Positions 20,653 through 30,236 of a stretch of DNA of 64,000 nt are shown here, piece after piece. The stretch lies in the NCBI GenBank assembly GCA_963717435.1, contig OY970332.1, forward strand, positions 128,001 through 192,000. The letters are read 5' to 3'. The notes beneath the pieces were generated by a model that saw nothing but the letters and a program-made list of their open reading frames with translations, was not told where the DNA came from and did not search any database. Source of the stretch: an uncultured bacterium. Lineage in GTDB: Bacteria; Babelota; Babeliae; Babelales; Babelaceae. The position numbers and the translations under genes are program-made. Numbering within the stretch: the stretch's first letter is position 1; every line of letters begins with the position of its first letter.

Positions 20653-21666
20653 TTATAGTGAACCGCCATTTGATTGAGCTTGAGGCTGAGCTTGGGTCGC
20701 AGCTTCAGGCATAGCTTCTTGGCCTTGTTCTGCTGGAGCCGGAACAGGCTTTGCAGCGAAGAACTCTTTGTTCTCAACAACCTTCAAATTATTTTTTACT
20801 TCATCGATTTTTGCTTTGAATATTTCAGGAAGCTTGCTTTGTTGAACAACTTCTTTTACAGCTTCTTTAACTTGCGCAAATGGAGCAAACTCCGTATCTC
20901 TTTTTCCTTTAATTCGAATAACCCAGAATTTTTTATCTGCACCTTTAGAAAGAATAACACCTGTGATATCGCGTGCTGAAAGAATATCTTTTTTTACGTT
21001 AGAATCCACATCTTGGCTTTGCGCACTTACTGCACCAAAATCAGCCACACTCTTTTTAATGTCTCTTGCTAAATTAGCAAAATTTGCTGCAGCCGCTTTT
21101 GCTTTAGCCATAAAGTCTTTTGCAGATTTTTCAGAATCGAAGCTTACGCCTTCAGATTCTACGCCACCAGCAGATACAACAAACGGTTGTTGTTTAAAAT
21201 AACCAGATTTGTCTTTATTTTCGTTGTAATATTTTTCAGCTTCTTCATCAGATACAAGATTTGCTGCATTTTTCATAACATCTTGCTGGAAAGCTTCGAT
21301 TGCTAATTTGCGATCGATCATTTCATAAGCTTTATCTCTATTTTTCTTGTAATCAGCGTCTTGATCTTTTTTGTTACGTTTTACCCATTCTGTGAAAATA
21401 TTTTGGTAAACCAACTCTTCAAAAATACCTTTTCTAATTTCGTCTTTAACTGCAGGATTAATTGCCAAATAAGACTGCAAATCTTGTCTCATATTTAAAA
21501 AGTCATTATAAAAAGTTTCATAATCACTTTCGTATATTACCGGCTTGCCATCTATAGACAATAGAATTGCGCCTGATTTTTTCTCGGATTTTGTCTCTTT
21601 TCCTGTATCCATGCAACCTGGAAGAATAAACAGAGAAGAAAGTAACAATACAAGATTTTTCTTCAT
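20653..21666 (-). CDS. PrsA/PpiC-like foldase lipoprotein
   Basis: Lipobox ILPGC, LLSIDGKPVI, VSDEEAEKYY, degenerate rotamase region, PFAQVKEAVK. Confidence 0.75.
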   Translation of the reverse strand: MKKNLVLLLSSLFILPGCMDTGKETKSEKKSGAILLSIDGKPVIYESDYETFYNDFLNMRQDLQSYLAINPAVKDEIRKGIFEELVYQNIFTEWVKRNKKDQDADYKKNRDKAYEMIDRKLAIEAFQQDVMKNAANLVSDEEAEKYYNENKDKSGYFKQQPFVVSAGGVESEGVSFDSEKSAKDFMAKAKAAAANFANLARDIKKSVADFGAVSAQSQDVDSNVKKDILSARDITGVILSKGADKKFWVIRIKGKRDTEFAPFAQVKEAVKEVVQQSKLPEIFKAKIDEVKNNLKVVENKEFFAAKPVPAPAEQGQEAMPEAATQAQPQAQSNGGSL

Positions 21667-21796
21667 AATAAGAACCCTTTTGATTAGTTATAACTGTTGA
21701 ACTTCTAAAATAATTTAATATTTTCTAGTAGATTATCACATAAGAACACATGTTGCAAAACTGCAGCCTGTTAATTTTGATAATCTTAATTTAAGA

Positions 21797-22576
21797 TTAT
21801 ATAGTCCTGCACCCCACAACCGCGATTATAGAGCTTGGTTTTAATTTTTTTATCTCTTTTGCTAAATTTACCAAAGTCGATCCAGTCGTCATAAGATCGT
21901 CAACTATTAAAATTTTTTTATTTTCGAAAGCCCCTCCCTCGATACATTCTACTTCGCCAAGGCTACGTAGAACACTCGGGACGAGCGGGTGTTTAATTTT
22001 ACTCTTAAATTTTATAAAAAATATATTTATTAAATTATTTAAATAACTATATTTTTTTAATTCAAAAGCGTTTTTTAAATTTGACTGTCTTTGATGGCTC
22101 AGAAGAGCTCTCTGGAACAAAGTTTTTTTATTTCTCCGCACAACATCAATTACTGGTTTGCCGCTAAATTTTGATATTTCTCGCGCCATTATTTCAGCCT
22201 GATTAAATCCACGACGCGAAAGCCTTGTCCAGTGTAATGGCACAGGAATTATAAAATCAAAGTCTAGATTTGAAATATCTGTTTTTTGCCAAATAATCTG
22301 CGCAAGCTGCTTGCTTGCCAATCTATCAGAAAATATTTTTGCCAAAATTAATTTTTTGAGCGGGTATTTATACTCTGATGCTGCATAAACTGACATCTTG
22401 TATTTTGGCGTAACTTCTAGTGTACAGGAGACAACCGGAGTAATTTTTTTAAAGCAGTCATCACAAAAAATATAATAATCTTTTAGAAATATATAGCAGT
22501 AGGCACAATATGGAGGCGATAAAATTTTATAAAATTTATCTAAAATAAATTTCACAAATTTAAAATTAAAAAGCAT
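21797..22576 (-). CDS. comF: ComF-family phosphoribosyltransferase-like protein with in-frame insertion
   Basis: CAYC...CDDC zinc finger, IPVPLHW.R...RGFNQA, ILIVDDLMTTGST; extra about 35-40 aa before the PRT motif. Confidence 0.88.
   Translation of the reverse strand: MLFNFKFVKFILDKFYKILSPPYCAYCYIFLKDYYIFCDDCFKKITPVVSCTLEVTPKYKMSVYAASEYKYPLKKLILAKIFSDRLASKQLAQIIWQKTDISNLDFDFIIPVPLHWTRLSRRGFNQAEIMAREISKFSGKPVIDVVRRNKKTLFQRALLSHQRQSNLKNAFELKKYSYLNNLINIFFIKFKSKIKHPLVPSVLRSLGEVECIEGGAFENKKILIVDDLMTTGSTLVNLAKEIKKLKPSSIIAVVGCRTI
21935..21989 (-). repeat. Palindromic element copy 1 (type A arms), in frame inside comF
   Basis: Minus strand CCCGCTCGTCCCGAGTG-TTCTACGTAGCCTTGGCGAAGTAGAAT-GTATCGAGGGA. 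Confidence 0.9.
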
Positions 22577-22591
22577 TAAATATAGCCAAAA

Positions 22592-23068
22592 TTAAAGCCA
22601 AGAAAAATATATAAATAAATTTAATATAGCGTTGCTGATAAGTCCGGCAGCAATATCGTCAGCCAATATACCAAGCGCACCAGGATATTTTTCGACTTTA
22701 TTTATGCCCATGATTTTTGTTATATCAAAAAATCTAAACAGCAAAAAGCCAAGAATAAAAGCTTTGTAAGAAACCGGTATCATAAAAAAAGTAAATAAAC
22801 ATCCTACAAATTCATCAAATACAATCTGGGACGGGTCACTTGAATAAAAATATGTAAGCGCATTTTTGATTATAATATAGCCAATAACTGTTAACAAAAT
22901 AAGTATCAGAGCAGACGAAAACATAGAACGAGATAAATTCGGGTTATTATTAAACACCCACATGAAAATTAAACCGGGAACAGATCCCCAGGTCCCAGAT
23001 GCAGGCAAATAACCCAAGGGCCCAATCGTTGCAAGCCAGTTAAAAATTGTATCAAGATTAGTCTTCAT
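22592..23068 (-). CDS. pgpA: Phosphatidylglycerophosphatase A
   Basis: GYLPASGTWGS, DPSQIVFDEFVG, FLLFRFFDITK, GILADDIAAG. Confidence 0.93.
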   Translation of the reverse strand: MKTNLDTIFNWLATIGPLGYLPASGTWGSVPGLIFMWVFNNNPNLSRSMFSSALILILLTVIGYIIIKNALTYFYSSDPSQIVFDEFVGCLFTFFMIPVSYKAFILGFLLFRFFDITKIMGINKVEKYPGALGILADDIAAGLISNAILNLFIYFSWL

Positions 23069-23537
23069 AAAATATTATCTTAATAAACATAAAAAAAACC
23101 CCTAAAGTGATAAAAATATCTGCGATATTAAAATTTGGAAAAGAAAAACCGCCAAAATTAAAAGCCAAAAAATCAACCACGCCCTCGTAAAAAAATCTGT
23201 CTATCAAATTCGATACCCCACCAGAGAGAACCAAAAATTCTGCAAAGACAGAGTGGCCCGAATTTAATCTATTAATAATATATAGCCCCAGAAGAGCCAA
23301 AACAACTGCTATTATAAAACTTATTAAATAGAAAAAAATAATATTATTTGTGTGAAATACACCCCAAGATATGCCCCTATTAAAGCTTAAATCAAAAGAA
23401 AAAAATTTGTTTATATAAACCGGGGTTTGCAAATACGATCTTGCAAAAAATTTTGTTAGTTGATCAAGCAGAATAATAAATATACCCAGAAAAAGTAGCC
23501 CCAGAAGCTCTTTTTTTCTTAAAATATTTTTTAGCAT
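23058..23537 (-). CDS. lspA: Lipoprotein signal peptidase II
   Basis: LDQLTK, NRGISWG, GGVSNLIDR, GVVDF, FNIADIFI. Confidence 0.95.
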   Translation of the reverse strand: MLKNILRKKELLGLLFLGIFIILLDQLTKFFARSYLQTPVYINKFFSFDLSFNRGISWGVFHTNNIIFFYLISFIIAVVLALLGLYIINRLNSGHSVFAEFLVLSGGVSNLIDRFFYEGVVDFLAFNFGGFSFPNFNIADIFITLGVFFMFIKIIFYED

Positions 23538-23589
23538 GTTTGTGTTACTTTCTCAGCACTTATTATTAATTTTTAATTATTTTTTATTA

Positions 23590-25926
23590 CTATCTTATTG
23601 CAGCACCAAGTTGTTGAAGATCACTGACCACAGACTCGTAAACTTCGTCTATTTCGGGCTTTGTTAAAGTTTTGTTTTCGTCAGAAATCACAAACCTCAT
23701 AGTTATAGATTTTAAATCTTTCCATTCAGATTTATAGAAATGGTCAACAAGTTCAACAGACTTTATTTTGCCGTCAGCAGATTTTATAACTTTTTGAATC
23801 TCCCCGACTGTAACAGTTTGAGGTATGAGCATGCTTACATCAAGATCGACTTCAGGATATTTTGATAAATGCGCAAACTTCTTAACTTCGGGTTTATAAT
23901 TCAAAATAAAGTCAGCGTTAAGATCAAATACAAAACTGTCCCCCTCAAAGAACTTTGAACCAAATTGCGGCAAAACTTTCCCCGCAACTCCAACTAGAGC
24001 ATCTTTATGGTATATAGCGGCAGTTTGGTATTTATCAAACCAAATATCAAGATTAAAATCGGGCTTGGCAAAATTCACTTCGATAGACATAGATTTAAAA
24101 AATCTTTCAAGCTCAGATTTTATCTCATAAAAATCTACAGGAGACTTTCTGTCTGCGACTATCCCTGATAGTCTTAAAATTTCTTTGGATTTATTTTCAA
24201 GTTTCAGCCAGGTTTTATTAAGCTCAAAAAATCTTAAATTAATCTGACTTGCCTGAGCAGTAACTATAGCTTTAAATAAATTTGGAATTAACGAAGTGAC
24301 AAGTCTTTTGTTGTTTTCAGATATTGGATTAATTAAATTTATAGTGTTATCAGGCTCAAAATTTATTTGGCGCAGAAAATCTTCGTCGTAAAGGGCATAT
24401 GTATAAACTTCATGCATATTAGCAGAATGCGCAAAAAAGTTTTTGACTTTACGCGTATTTGTTACATTAGTTAAGTCAAAATTCCCCATAGCTCTTTCTG
24501 GCAGCTTGTGGGCGATATTTGTATAACCAAAAAATCTTGCTATTTCTTCAAGTATGTCTTCTTTTATTGTCACATCTTTTGACGATCTTGAAGTTGGAAC
24601 AGTAACCTGATAAGAGTTGTCTTTCAAAAGTCTTACGCCAAAACCCAGTTTTGAAAAAATATCCAGTATCATATCCTGACTTACTGAAACACCCATTCTT
24701 GAGTTAATCATGTCCTGAGATATTGTAATTATTTTTTCTTGTGCAAGATTGCCCAAAGATATAATATTTTGCGATGACTTATAAGCAATTTTATAGTCAT
24801 CTAACAATTTTAAAAATCTGGTTATTGCTGTAGTGTTTTGGTTTGGATCGAGAGTTTTTTCAAAACGGGCCGAGCTTTCTGTCCGTTTTTTTAATCTCAA
24901 AGATGTTTGTCTAATTATCGACGCTTCAAAATTTGCAGACTCAAGTAATATAGACTTTGTCGAATTACTAACAGCTGTCGATTCCCCACCCATTATGCCA
25001 GCAAGTGAAACAGGAGTTGTTCCGTCATAGATAGCTAAATCTTTTGAACTAAGAGTTACAGAGCTGTTATCAAGCAGATTTAAAACTTCGCCGTCAGTCG
25101 CAAATTTTGCAGCAATTTTTTTATTTTTTAATTTGTCTGCGTCAAATGCGTGCATTGGCTGCGACGTATCAAGCATGACGTAATTTGTTAAGTCAACAAT
25201 AAAATCTATTGGGCGAGAATCTAGTCTTGCCAATCTATGTGCAATAAATAAATTAGATGCGTTATTTTCTATCTTACTTATATACAAACCAGCAAATCGC
25301 TTACAGCTATTCAGATCCTGAATCTCAAACTCAAACGGATTATCTGTGCTATCAACAGATTTTTTGTCGTAATGCTTTATCGACTGGTTAACCATAAATC
25401 TCTCTTCTGGCCATAGTTCCAGATCCAATATTGCAGCTATTTCACGAGCAAATCCGCGATGACCCCACATATCGGGTCTATTGGTTATCGATTTATTATC
25501 AACAGTTAAAATATAATCTTCGGTTTCAACATGCTTTCTCCAACCGCCCTTTAGATATTCTGGGTCAGAGATCCATAAATTTGTTAATAAGCCGTCTTTA
25601 TCGGAGTTTAGATCTTTTAGAGTCGCCCATTTTAGTTTTTTATTTTCTTTACGAGCAAGATATATCCCGTTATTAATTAGATCAGTTCGGTTATTATTTT
25701 CTGCAAGAATTTCTACTAGCTTATTATTTTCTGTATTATAAAACTCAAAAGAGTTACTATTTTTTACAGCTTTGACCAAAATAAAATTATCTGGATTAAA
25801 TTCGACTTTATTAAAGTGCTCAGTTTCTGCAGTAATCTGATTAAATCTTTTGACCAGATCAACTATATCATATTTTTTCCAGTCAGCGTTTATATGATCG
25901 AAAATCCAAGAAATAGAGAGTTTCAT
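23590..25926 (-). CDS. pheT: Phenylalanine-tRNA ligase beta subunit
   Basis: MKLSISWI, DNKSITNRPD, QPMHAFDAD, AGIMGG, LLESANF, SSARFEK, EDILEEIARFFGY, C-terminal FDX-ACB domain. Confidence 0.96.
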   Translation of the reverse strand: MKLSISWIFDHINADWKKYDIVDLVKRFNQITAETEHFNKVEFNPDNFILVKAVKNSNSFEFYNTENNKLVEILAENNNRTDLINNGIYLARKENKKLKWATLKDLNSDKDGLLTNLWISDPEYLKGGWRKHVETEDYILTVDNKSITNRPDMWGHRGFAREIAAILDLELWPEERFMVNQSIKHYDKKSVDSTDNPFEFEIQDLNSCKRFAGLYISKIENNASNLFIAHRLARLDSRPIDFIVDLTNYVMLDTSQPMHAFDADKLKNKKIAAKFATDGEVLNLLDNSSVTLSSKDLAIYDGTTPVSLAGIMGGESTAVSNSTKSILLESANFEASIIRQTSLRLKKRTESSARFEKTLDPNQNTTAITRFLKLLDDYKIAYKSSQNIISLGNLAQEKIITISQDMINSRMGVSVSQDMILDIFSKLGFGVRLLKDNSYQVTVPTSRSSKDVTIKEDILEEIARFFGYTNIAHKLPERAMGNFDLTNVTNTRKVKNFFAHSANMHEVYTYALYDEDFLRQINFEPDNTINLINPISENNKRLVTSLIPNLFKAIVTAQASQINLRFFELNKTWLKLENKSKEILRLSGIVADRKSPVDFYEIKSELERFFKSMSIEVNFAKPDFNLDIWFDKYQTAAIYHKDALVGVAGKVLPQFGSKFFEGDSFVFDLNADFILNYKPEVKKFAHLSKYPEVDLDVSMLIPQTVTVGEIQKVIKSADGKIKSVELVDHFYKSEWKDLKSITMRFVISDENKTLTKPEIDEVYESVVSDLQQLGAAIR

Positions 25927-26075
25927 CTTTGGGCCTTAATTAATTACCAAACTTTTACCAAACTTATAGAATAATAAAATTAGAAAATTAGCTCTTGCGC
26001 TATATTCTGTGCCATATAAAAATTATTATATAAAAAATTATATAGAGATTAAGATAAATTAAAACAACCAAACCA

Positions 26076-26618
26076 TCAATTTTTTATTAAATACTCAGGA
26101 TCCAGAATTTGAACTTTCCCGGTTAATTGCAAGCCCGACGAAGTTAAATTTAAATCTAATACCCCGTGGCCCTTTTGGGAAATTGGAGAATATACGTTTT
26201 TGTATAACTTAGCTTCGTTCAGATCGTCAATTTTATAAACAGATGCCATATATCCTGATGGACATAAACCACATTTTGAACAGTTTTTGTCATCGATCAC
26301 ATAGTGCTTATATTTTATGCTAAGCTTCGATGGCTTTCTTTGCCCTAAAATACTATACACAATAAAAAAGCCACTCGCTGGTCCCTCAGGGGTCTCAAAA
26401 CTAAACTCATCAAGTTTTATAGAAGAATTTTTTCTGATTTTGAACTTTTTTTGCTGACTAGAGCTAGGCAACGACTTTATCGAATCTTTTAACGTTGATA
26501 TTGTTACCTGCACAGGTTTATCTGTTGAATTTATAAAAGAACCCAACTTTAAACCTGCTGATTTTAAATTAAAAAAAGCCAACACAACAATCAAGCAAAA
26601 TATTTTGCCTCTATCCAT
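26076..26618 (-). CDS. Secreted hypothetical protein
   Basis: Signal peptide, FINSTDKPVQV beta-strand start, CSKCGLC cluster. Confidence 0.6.
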   Translation of the reverse strand: MDRGKIFCLIVVLAFFNLKSAGLKLGSFINSTDKPVQVTISTLKDSIKSLPSSSQQKKFKIRKNSSIKLDEFSFETPEGPASGFFIVYSILGQRKPSKLSIKYKHYVIDDKNCSKCGLCPSGYMASVYKIDDLNEAKLYKNVYSPISQKGHGVLDLNLTSSGLQLTGKVQILDPEYLIKN

Positions 26619-26744
26619 ATTGTTCCACCCCTAACCCTAAAAGTCTGCACTAATAAAGAAAAGCAAACTTTTCTGTTTTAATTATATATACCAGCCAAAC
26701 CTGACTGCAATAATTTTATTCAAAAAAAATTTATAAGAGAGCAA

Positions 26745-26912
26745 GTGGGCTGCCCTACGACATGTGTCCTGCGTAGCCTTGACGTAGAGGGAAACCTGCC
26801 AAGCTCCGTTGTGGCCTGGGGGAAGTGGGGCCTGCCCGTATCTTTGGAGTCGTAGGGGGGCCTGCCCTCCGTAGCCTGCCAAGCCGGGAGGCGTGGATAG
26901 GCGTAGGGGGGG
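26745..26912 (+). repeat. GC-rich cluster of degenerate CCTG(T/C)CC-led hairpin repeats
   Basis: Units such as TGTCCTGCGTAGCCTTGACGTAGAGGGA (26765-26792) and CCTGCCCTCCGTAGCCT...GGCGTAGGGGGGG (26861-26912), related to the element at 61888-61917. Confidence 0.65.
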
Positions 26913-27010
26913 CTTTTGAAAAAAAATAAACTTCTTCTATACTATAATTATAGGTAAAATTATAGCTAAACAGCCCTAATTAGCCCTAAGTCTCACAAAA
27001 TGGAGCAGAT

Positions 27011-29131
27011 ATGACAAATTTTAAAAAACATATATTTTCGATAATTTGGGTAATTCTAGGGGTTTTTACGCCCTTAAATGCCTCAAATATCGCTTTAAAC
27101 CAACAAAAATATGAATTTTTGTGTTCTACCCTGCTCTCAAATGAAACTAAGGACCAAGAGGTTTCTGAGGTTGAAGATAAGAACCTACAACAAGGGAACA
27201 TTTGGAGCAGACTTTCTGAGCTTGTCTTAGGAAAAAGACAAAAAACACCTGATTTGAATATAAAGACATTAAATAACTACGAAAAACTGGATTTAACTCT
27301 AAGTAATATTTCACCCTGCCAAGCCGATTTTGGGGTCGTTGAGGAGCATGTGATGAAAGAACTTAGTTTAACTACAGGTGCAGGTTCAAATAAGCAGGAG
27401 CATTTGGTTAATTCTATAAACAGATGTTCGAGCATATTTGGCTATATTACGCTTGCTCAAGAGATTTCAAACCCTACGGACAATATCGAACTCTTGGAAA
27501 AAAAGCAGGAGCTTTGCAAGCAGTTTTTAAACTCTGACAAGGCCAGAGAAAAAATCACTCAAAATCTTAAAGATATTAAAACGGGCGAAGATTCTTTACT
27601 TAGACTTTATGAAAAAAAGAATATGTTTCACCATAAAGTTAAAGAGTATAGTATCGAGAAATATCTTTCTTCTAACCCTGTTCTTAAACCACTTGGAAAA
27701 GAACTTGATTCTAGCCCAACGGCTCTTACCCACTGGAAACGTGCCGCTATTTTGAACAAGCTGTCCGGAACATTAAACTTCCCATTCGTTGGAAGTGTTG
27801 CAGGTGGTGCATTCTTAATAAAGAACGTTCAGTGGTTACTATCTACGGACATTGCGCAGGGCATAAAACAGGTTAAAGCTCTAACTGAGTATGTTAAAGA
27901 CACACAAATGGTCAAGACTTTAACAACTTTTACAGACACAAAATATCTATACAAAAGCTTTATGGAGTCTGAGACAAGCACAAAAGTTAAGTTGGCGCTT
28001 TTAGCAGCAGTGCTGGCGGTGCCCTATGGGATAATATACAGAGTGCAGCTAGATAACATATTTGGCGGAATAGACTTTGATAATCAGTTGGTTAACAAAG
28101 TAAAAACCGAAATCCAAAATATTTCGATATTAATTAAAGCTTTAATTAATATTAATAGTTTCGCGCAGAATTATAAAAACAAAAAATATTTCGAGCATAT
28201 TAAGGGCCTAGAATACTTAAATAATGTATGCACAAAGCCTGAACTGATTTCAGAAAAATTAAAGCAGCTATTAGAAATAATATTATCTGGAAAAGAGATT
28301 ACCGATGGTGAAGCTCTTGCTTCATATTATCTTCTGGATGACGTCAAGAAAGAGATAATGCCTGCTCTAGAGGTTATAGGTCAAATTGATGTTGCAGTTT
28401 CAACAGCTAGTTTAATAAAAGAGTTTGAAAACAAAAGAGTTAAATTTAGCTTTGTTAAATTTGTTAAATCAGATAGGCCATATTTAATAATCAAAAATGG
28501 CTGGACCCCGTTAGTTAATCCAGAATTTGTTGTTGCGACAGATTTTGAAATTAATGGGCCAAGAGACATAAAAAACATGATGTTAACAGGACCCGGTGGT
28601 TGCGGTAAATCTACAAGTATGAAAGAGCTTTGTAATAATATTATTATGGCTCAAACACTTGGTATTGCCCCTGCTGATAGCATGGAACTTGCGCCTTATA
28701 GCAAAATCTGCACGGCTATTGGTGTCGAAGAAGATTTAAGCAGAAATAAATCTAAGTTTATGGCCCAACAAGAGCGCATGAATAATATAGAAAAGACTAT
28801 CGACGAAACAGACAGGCTTGTGTTTATAGCAGTCGACGAGTGCTATAACGGGACAACTGAGATTCTTGGAGCAAAATTATTATATAATTTCGCATTAAAA
28901 GCGGGTCAGTCAGAACACACCACTTCGATAATTTCAACCCACTTTAGGGTTGGCGCCGAAGTGCCGAACTTCTCTAATTTCCAGGTTGAATTACTTGAAC
29001 CTACACCCGGTAAATTTAAAAGAACATTTAGGCTTCTTGATGGAGTTTGTGAGTGGTGGTTGCATGATGCTGAAAAAGCTGCGCGCTTTGCTCGTTGGCT
29101 CCATGGTATGGAGATGGTCTCGGGCATATAA
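27011..29131 (+). CDS. MutS-like ATPase (domains III/V only) with signal peptide and internal hydrophobic segments
   Basis: IGQIDVAVSTA, GWTPLV, LTGPGGCGKST, MAQTLG, SKFMAQ, VDECYNGT, ISTHF; no mismatch-binding domain evident. Confidence 0.8.
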   Translation: MTNFKKHIFSIIWVILGVFTPLNASNIALNQQKYEFLCSTLLSNETKDQEVSEVEDKNLQQGNIWSRLSELVLGKRQKTPDLNIKTLNNYEKLDLTLSNISPCQADFGVVEEHVMKELSLTTGAGSNKQEHLVNSINRCSSIFGYITLAQEISNPTDNIELLEKKQELCKQFLNSDKAREKITQNLKDIKTGEDSLLRLYEKKNMFHHKVKEYSIEKYLSSNPVLKPLGKELDSSPTALTHWKRAAILNKLSGTLNFPFVGSVAGGAFLIKNVQWLLSTDIAQGIKQVKALTEYVKDTQMVKTLTTFTDTKYLYKSFMESETSTKVKLALLAAVLAVPYGIIYRVQLDNIFGGIDFDNQLVNKVKTEIQNISILIKALININSFAQNYKNKKYFEHIKGLEYLNNVCTKPELISEKLKQLLEIILSGKEITDGEALASYYLLDDVKKEIMPALEVIGQIDVAVSTASLIKEFENKRVKFSFVKFVKSDRPYLIIKNGWTPLVNPEFVVATDFEINGPRDIKNMMLTGPGGCGKSTSMKELCNNIIMAQTLGIAPADSMELAPYSKICTAIGVEEDLSRNKSKFMAQQERMNNIEKTIDETDRLVFIAVDECYNGTTEILGAKLLYNFALKAGQSEHTTSIISTHFRVGAEVPNFSNFQVELLEPTPGKFKRTFRLLDGVCEWWLHDAEKAARFARWLHGMEMVSGI

Positions 29132-29155
29132 GCTATAACTACTTTAATAAATCAT

Positions 29156-29192
29156 AAAATAGTACACCGTAGAACCGTGTACTATTTTTTTT
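29156..29192 (+). terminator. Rho-independent terminator
   Basis: AAAATAGTACAC / GTGTACTATTTT inverted repeat plus T-run. Confidence 0.7.
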
Positions 29193-29293
29193 ACAAATCT
29201 TGGAATAAATTAATCTTTTAGATTATATTTAAACTATATTAGTATATTTACAGTATATTTCACAACAATCTTTCTAACTTTTTTAATAAAAAT

Positions 29294-30217
29294 ATGGAAA
29301 AAATAATTCTCTTTTATAAATACGTAAAACTAACCTATCCACACCAAGTTATGAAATGGCAAAGACAGCTTTGCTCGCAACTTGGCCTAAAGGGCAGAAT
29401 CGTGCTTGCAACAGAAGGCATTAATGGCACACTGGGCGGATCGGTAGAGGCTTGCGAAATTTATAAGAAAGAGATGGAAGCCAGCGAATTCTTTAAAAAT
29501 ATAGACTTTAAAGAAAGCGAAGGTGGAGCAGACTGCTTTCCAAGACTAGAAATCAAAGTTAAAAAAGAAATTACACATTTGGGTCTGGATACAGAACTTT
29601 ATACAGCAGAAAATGGTGGAATACACTTAACGCCAGAAGAAGCCCATAACTTAATGGCAAATCCTCCAAAAGATTTGATTATTCTTGATGGTAGAAATAA
29701 TTACGAAGCGGCAATTGGCAAATTCGTAAATGCTATAACACCTGATGTTAACCATTTTAGAGAGTTTCCAAATTATATAGATAATAATTTAGAGCAGTTT
29801 AAAGATAAAGAAGTCTTGATGTATTGCACGGGTGGGATACGTTGCGAACGCGCTTCAACTTACCTAAAATCTAAAGGCGTAGCCAAAAACGTTTACCAAA
29901 TTCTTGGTGGAATACACAGATATGCAGAAAAATATCCTGATGGCTTTTTCAGGGGCAAGAACTACGTATTTGATGCACGAGTAACTGTAAGAATTAATGA
30001 CGACATTTTGGGTTCTTGCAAGTTTTGCAATATCCCATTCGATGATTATACTAACTGCGTTAATTCTGTGTGCAATAAGCAGATTATAGTTTGTCCAAAA
30101 TGCTGCCAAGAGAATATTAATACGTGTAGTGCTGCATGCGCAGAACTTGTAAAAAACAAATCTGTAGTTGTTCGTCAAAAGCCTAAAAAGATTAATATAT
30201 CAGCTTGTAGTATATAA
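29294..30217 (+). CDS. trhO: tRNA uridine(34) hydroxylase / rhodanese-related protein (UPF0176)
   Basis: LFYKY, KGRIVLATEGINGT, DGRNNYE, MYCTGGIRCE, LGGIHRY, GKNYVFDAR, Cys-rich C-terminus. Confidence 0.9.
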   Translation: MEKIILFYKYVKLTYPHQVMKWQRQLCSQLGLKGRIVLATEGINGTLGGSVEACEIYKKEMEASEFFKNIDFKESEGGADCFPRLEIKVKKEITHLGLDTELYTAENGGIHLTPEEAHNLMANPPKDLIILDGRNNYEAAIGKFVNAITPDVNHFREFPNYIDNNLEQFKDKEVLMYCTGGIRCERASTYLKSKGVAKNVYQILGGIHRYAEKYPDGFFRGKNYVFDARVTVRINDDILGSCKFCNIPFDDYTNCVNSVCNKQIIVCPKCCQENINTCSAACAELVKNKSVVVRQKPKKINISACSI

Positions 30218-30236
30218 AATTAAGGGGTTGATTATC

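Noticed and set aside
26745-26912. Possible CRISPR array or the 66-aa minus-strand ORF 26682-26882
   Set aside because: Units are irregular and degenerate with no constant repeat-spacer period and no cas genes; the ORF is a by-product of GC-rich repeats.
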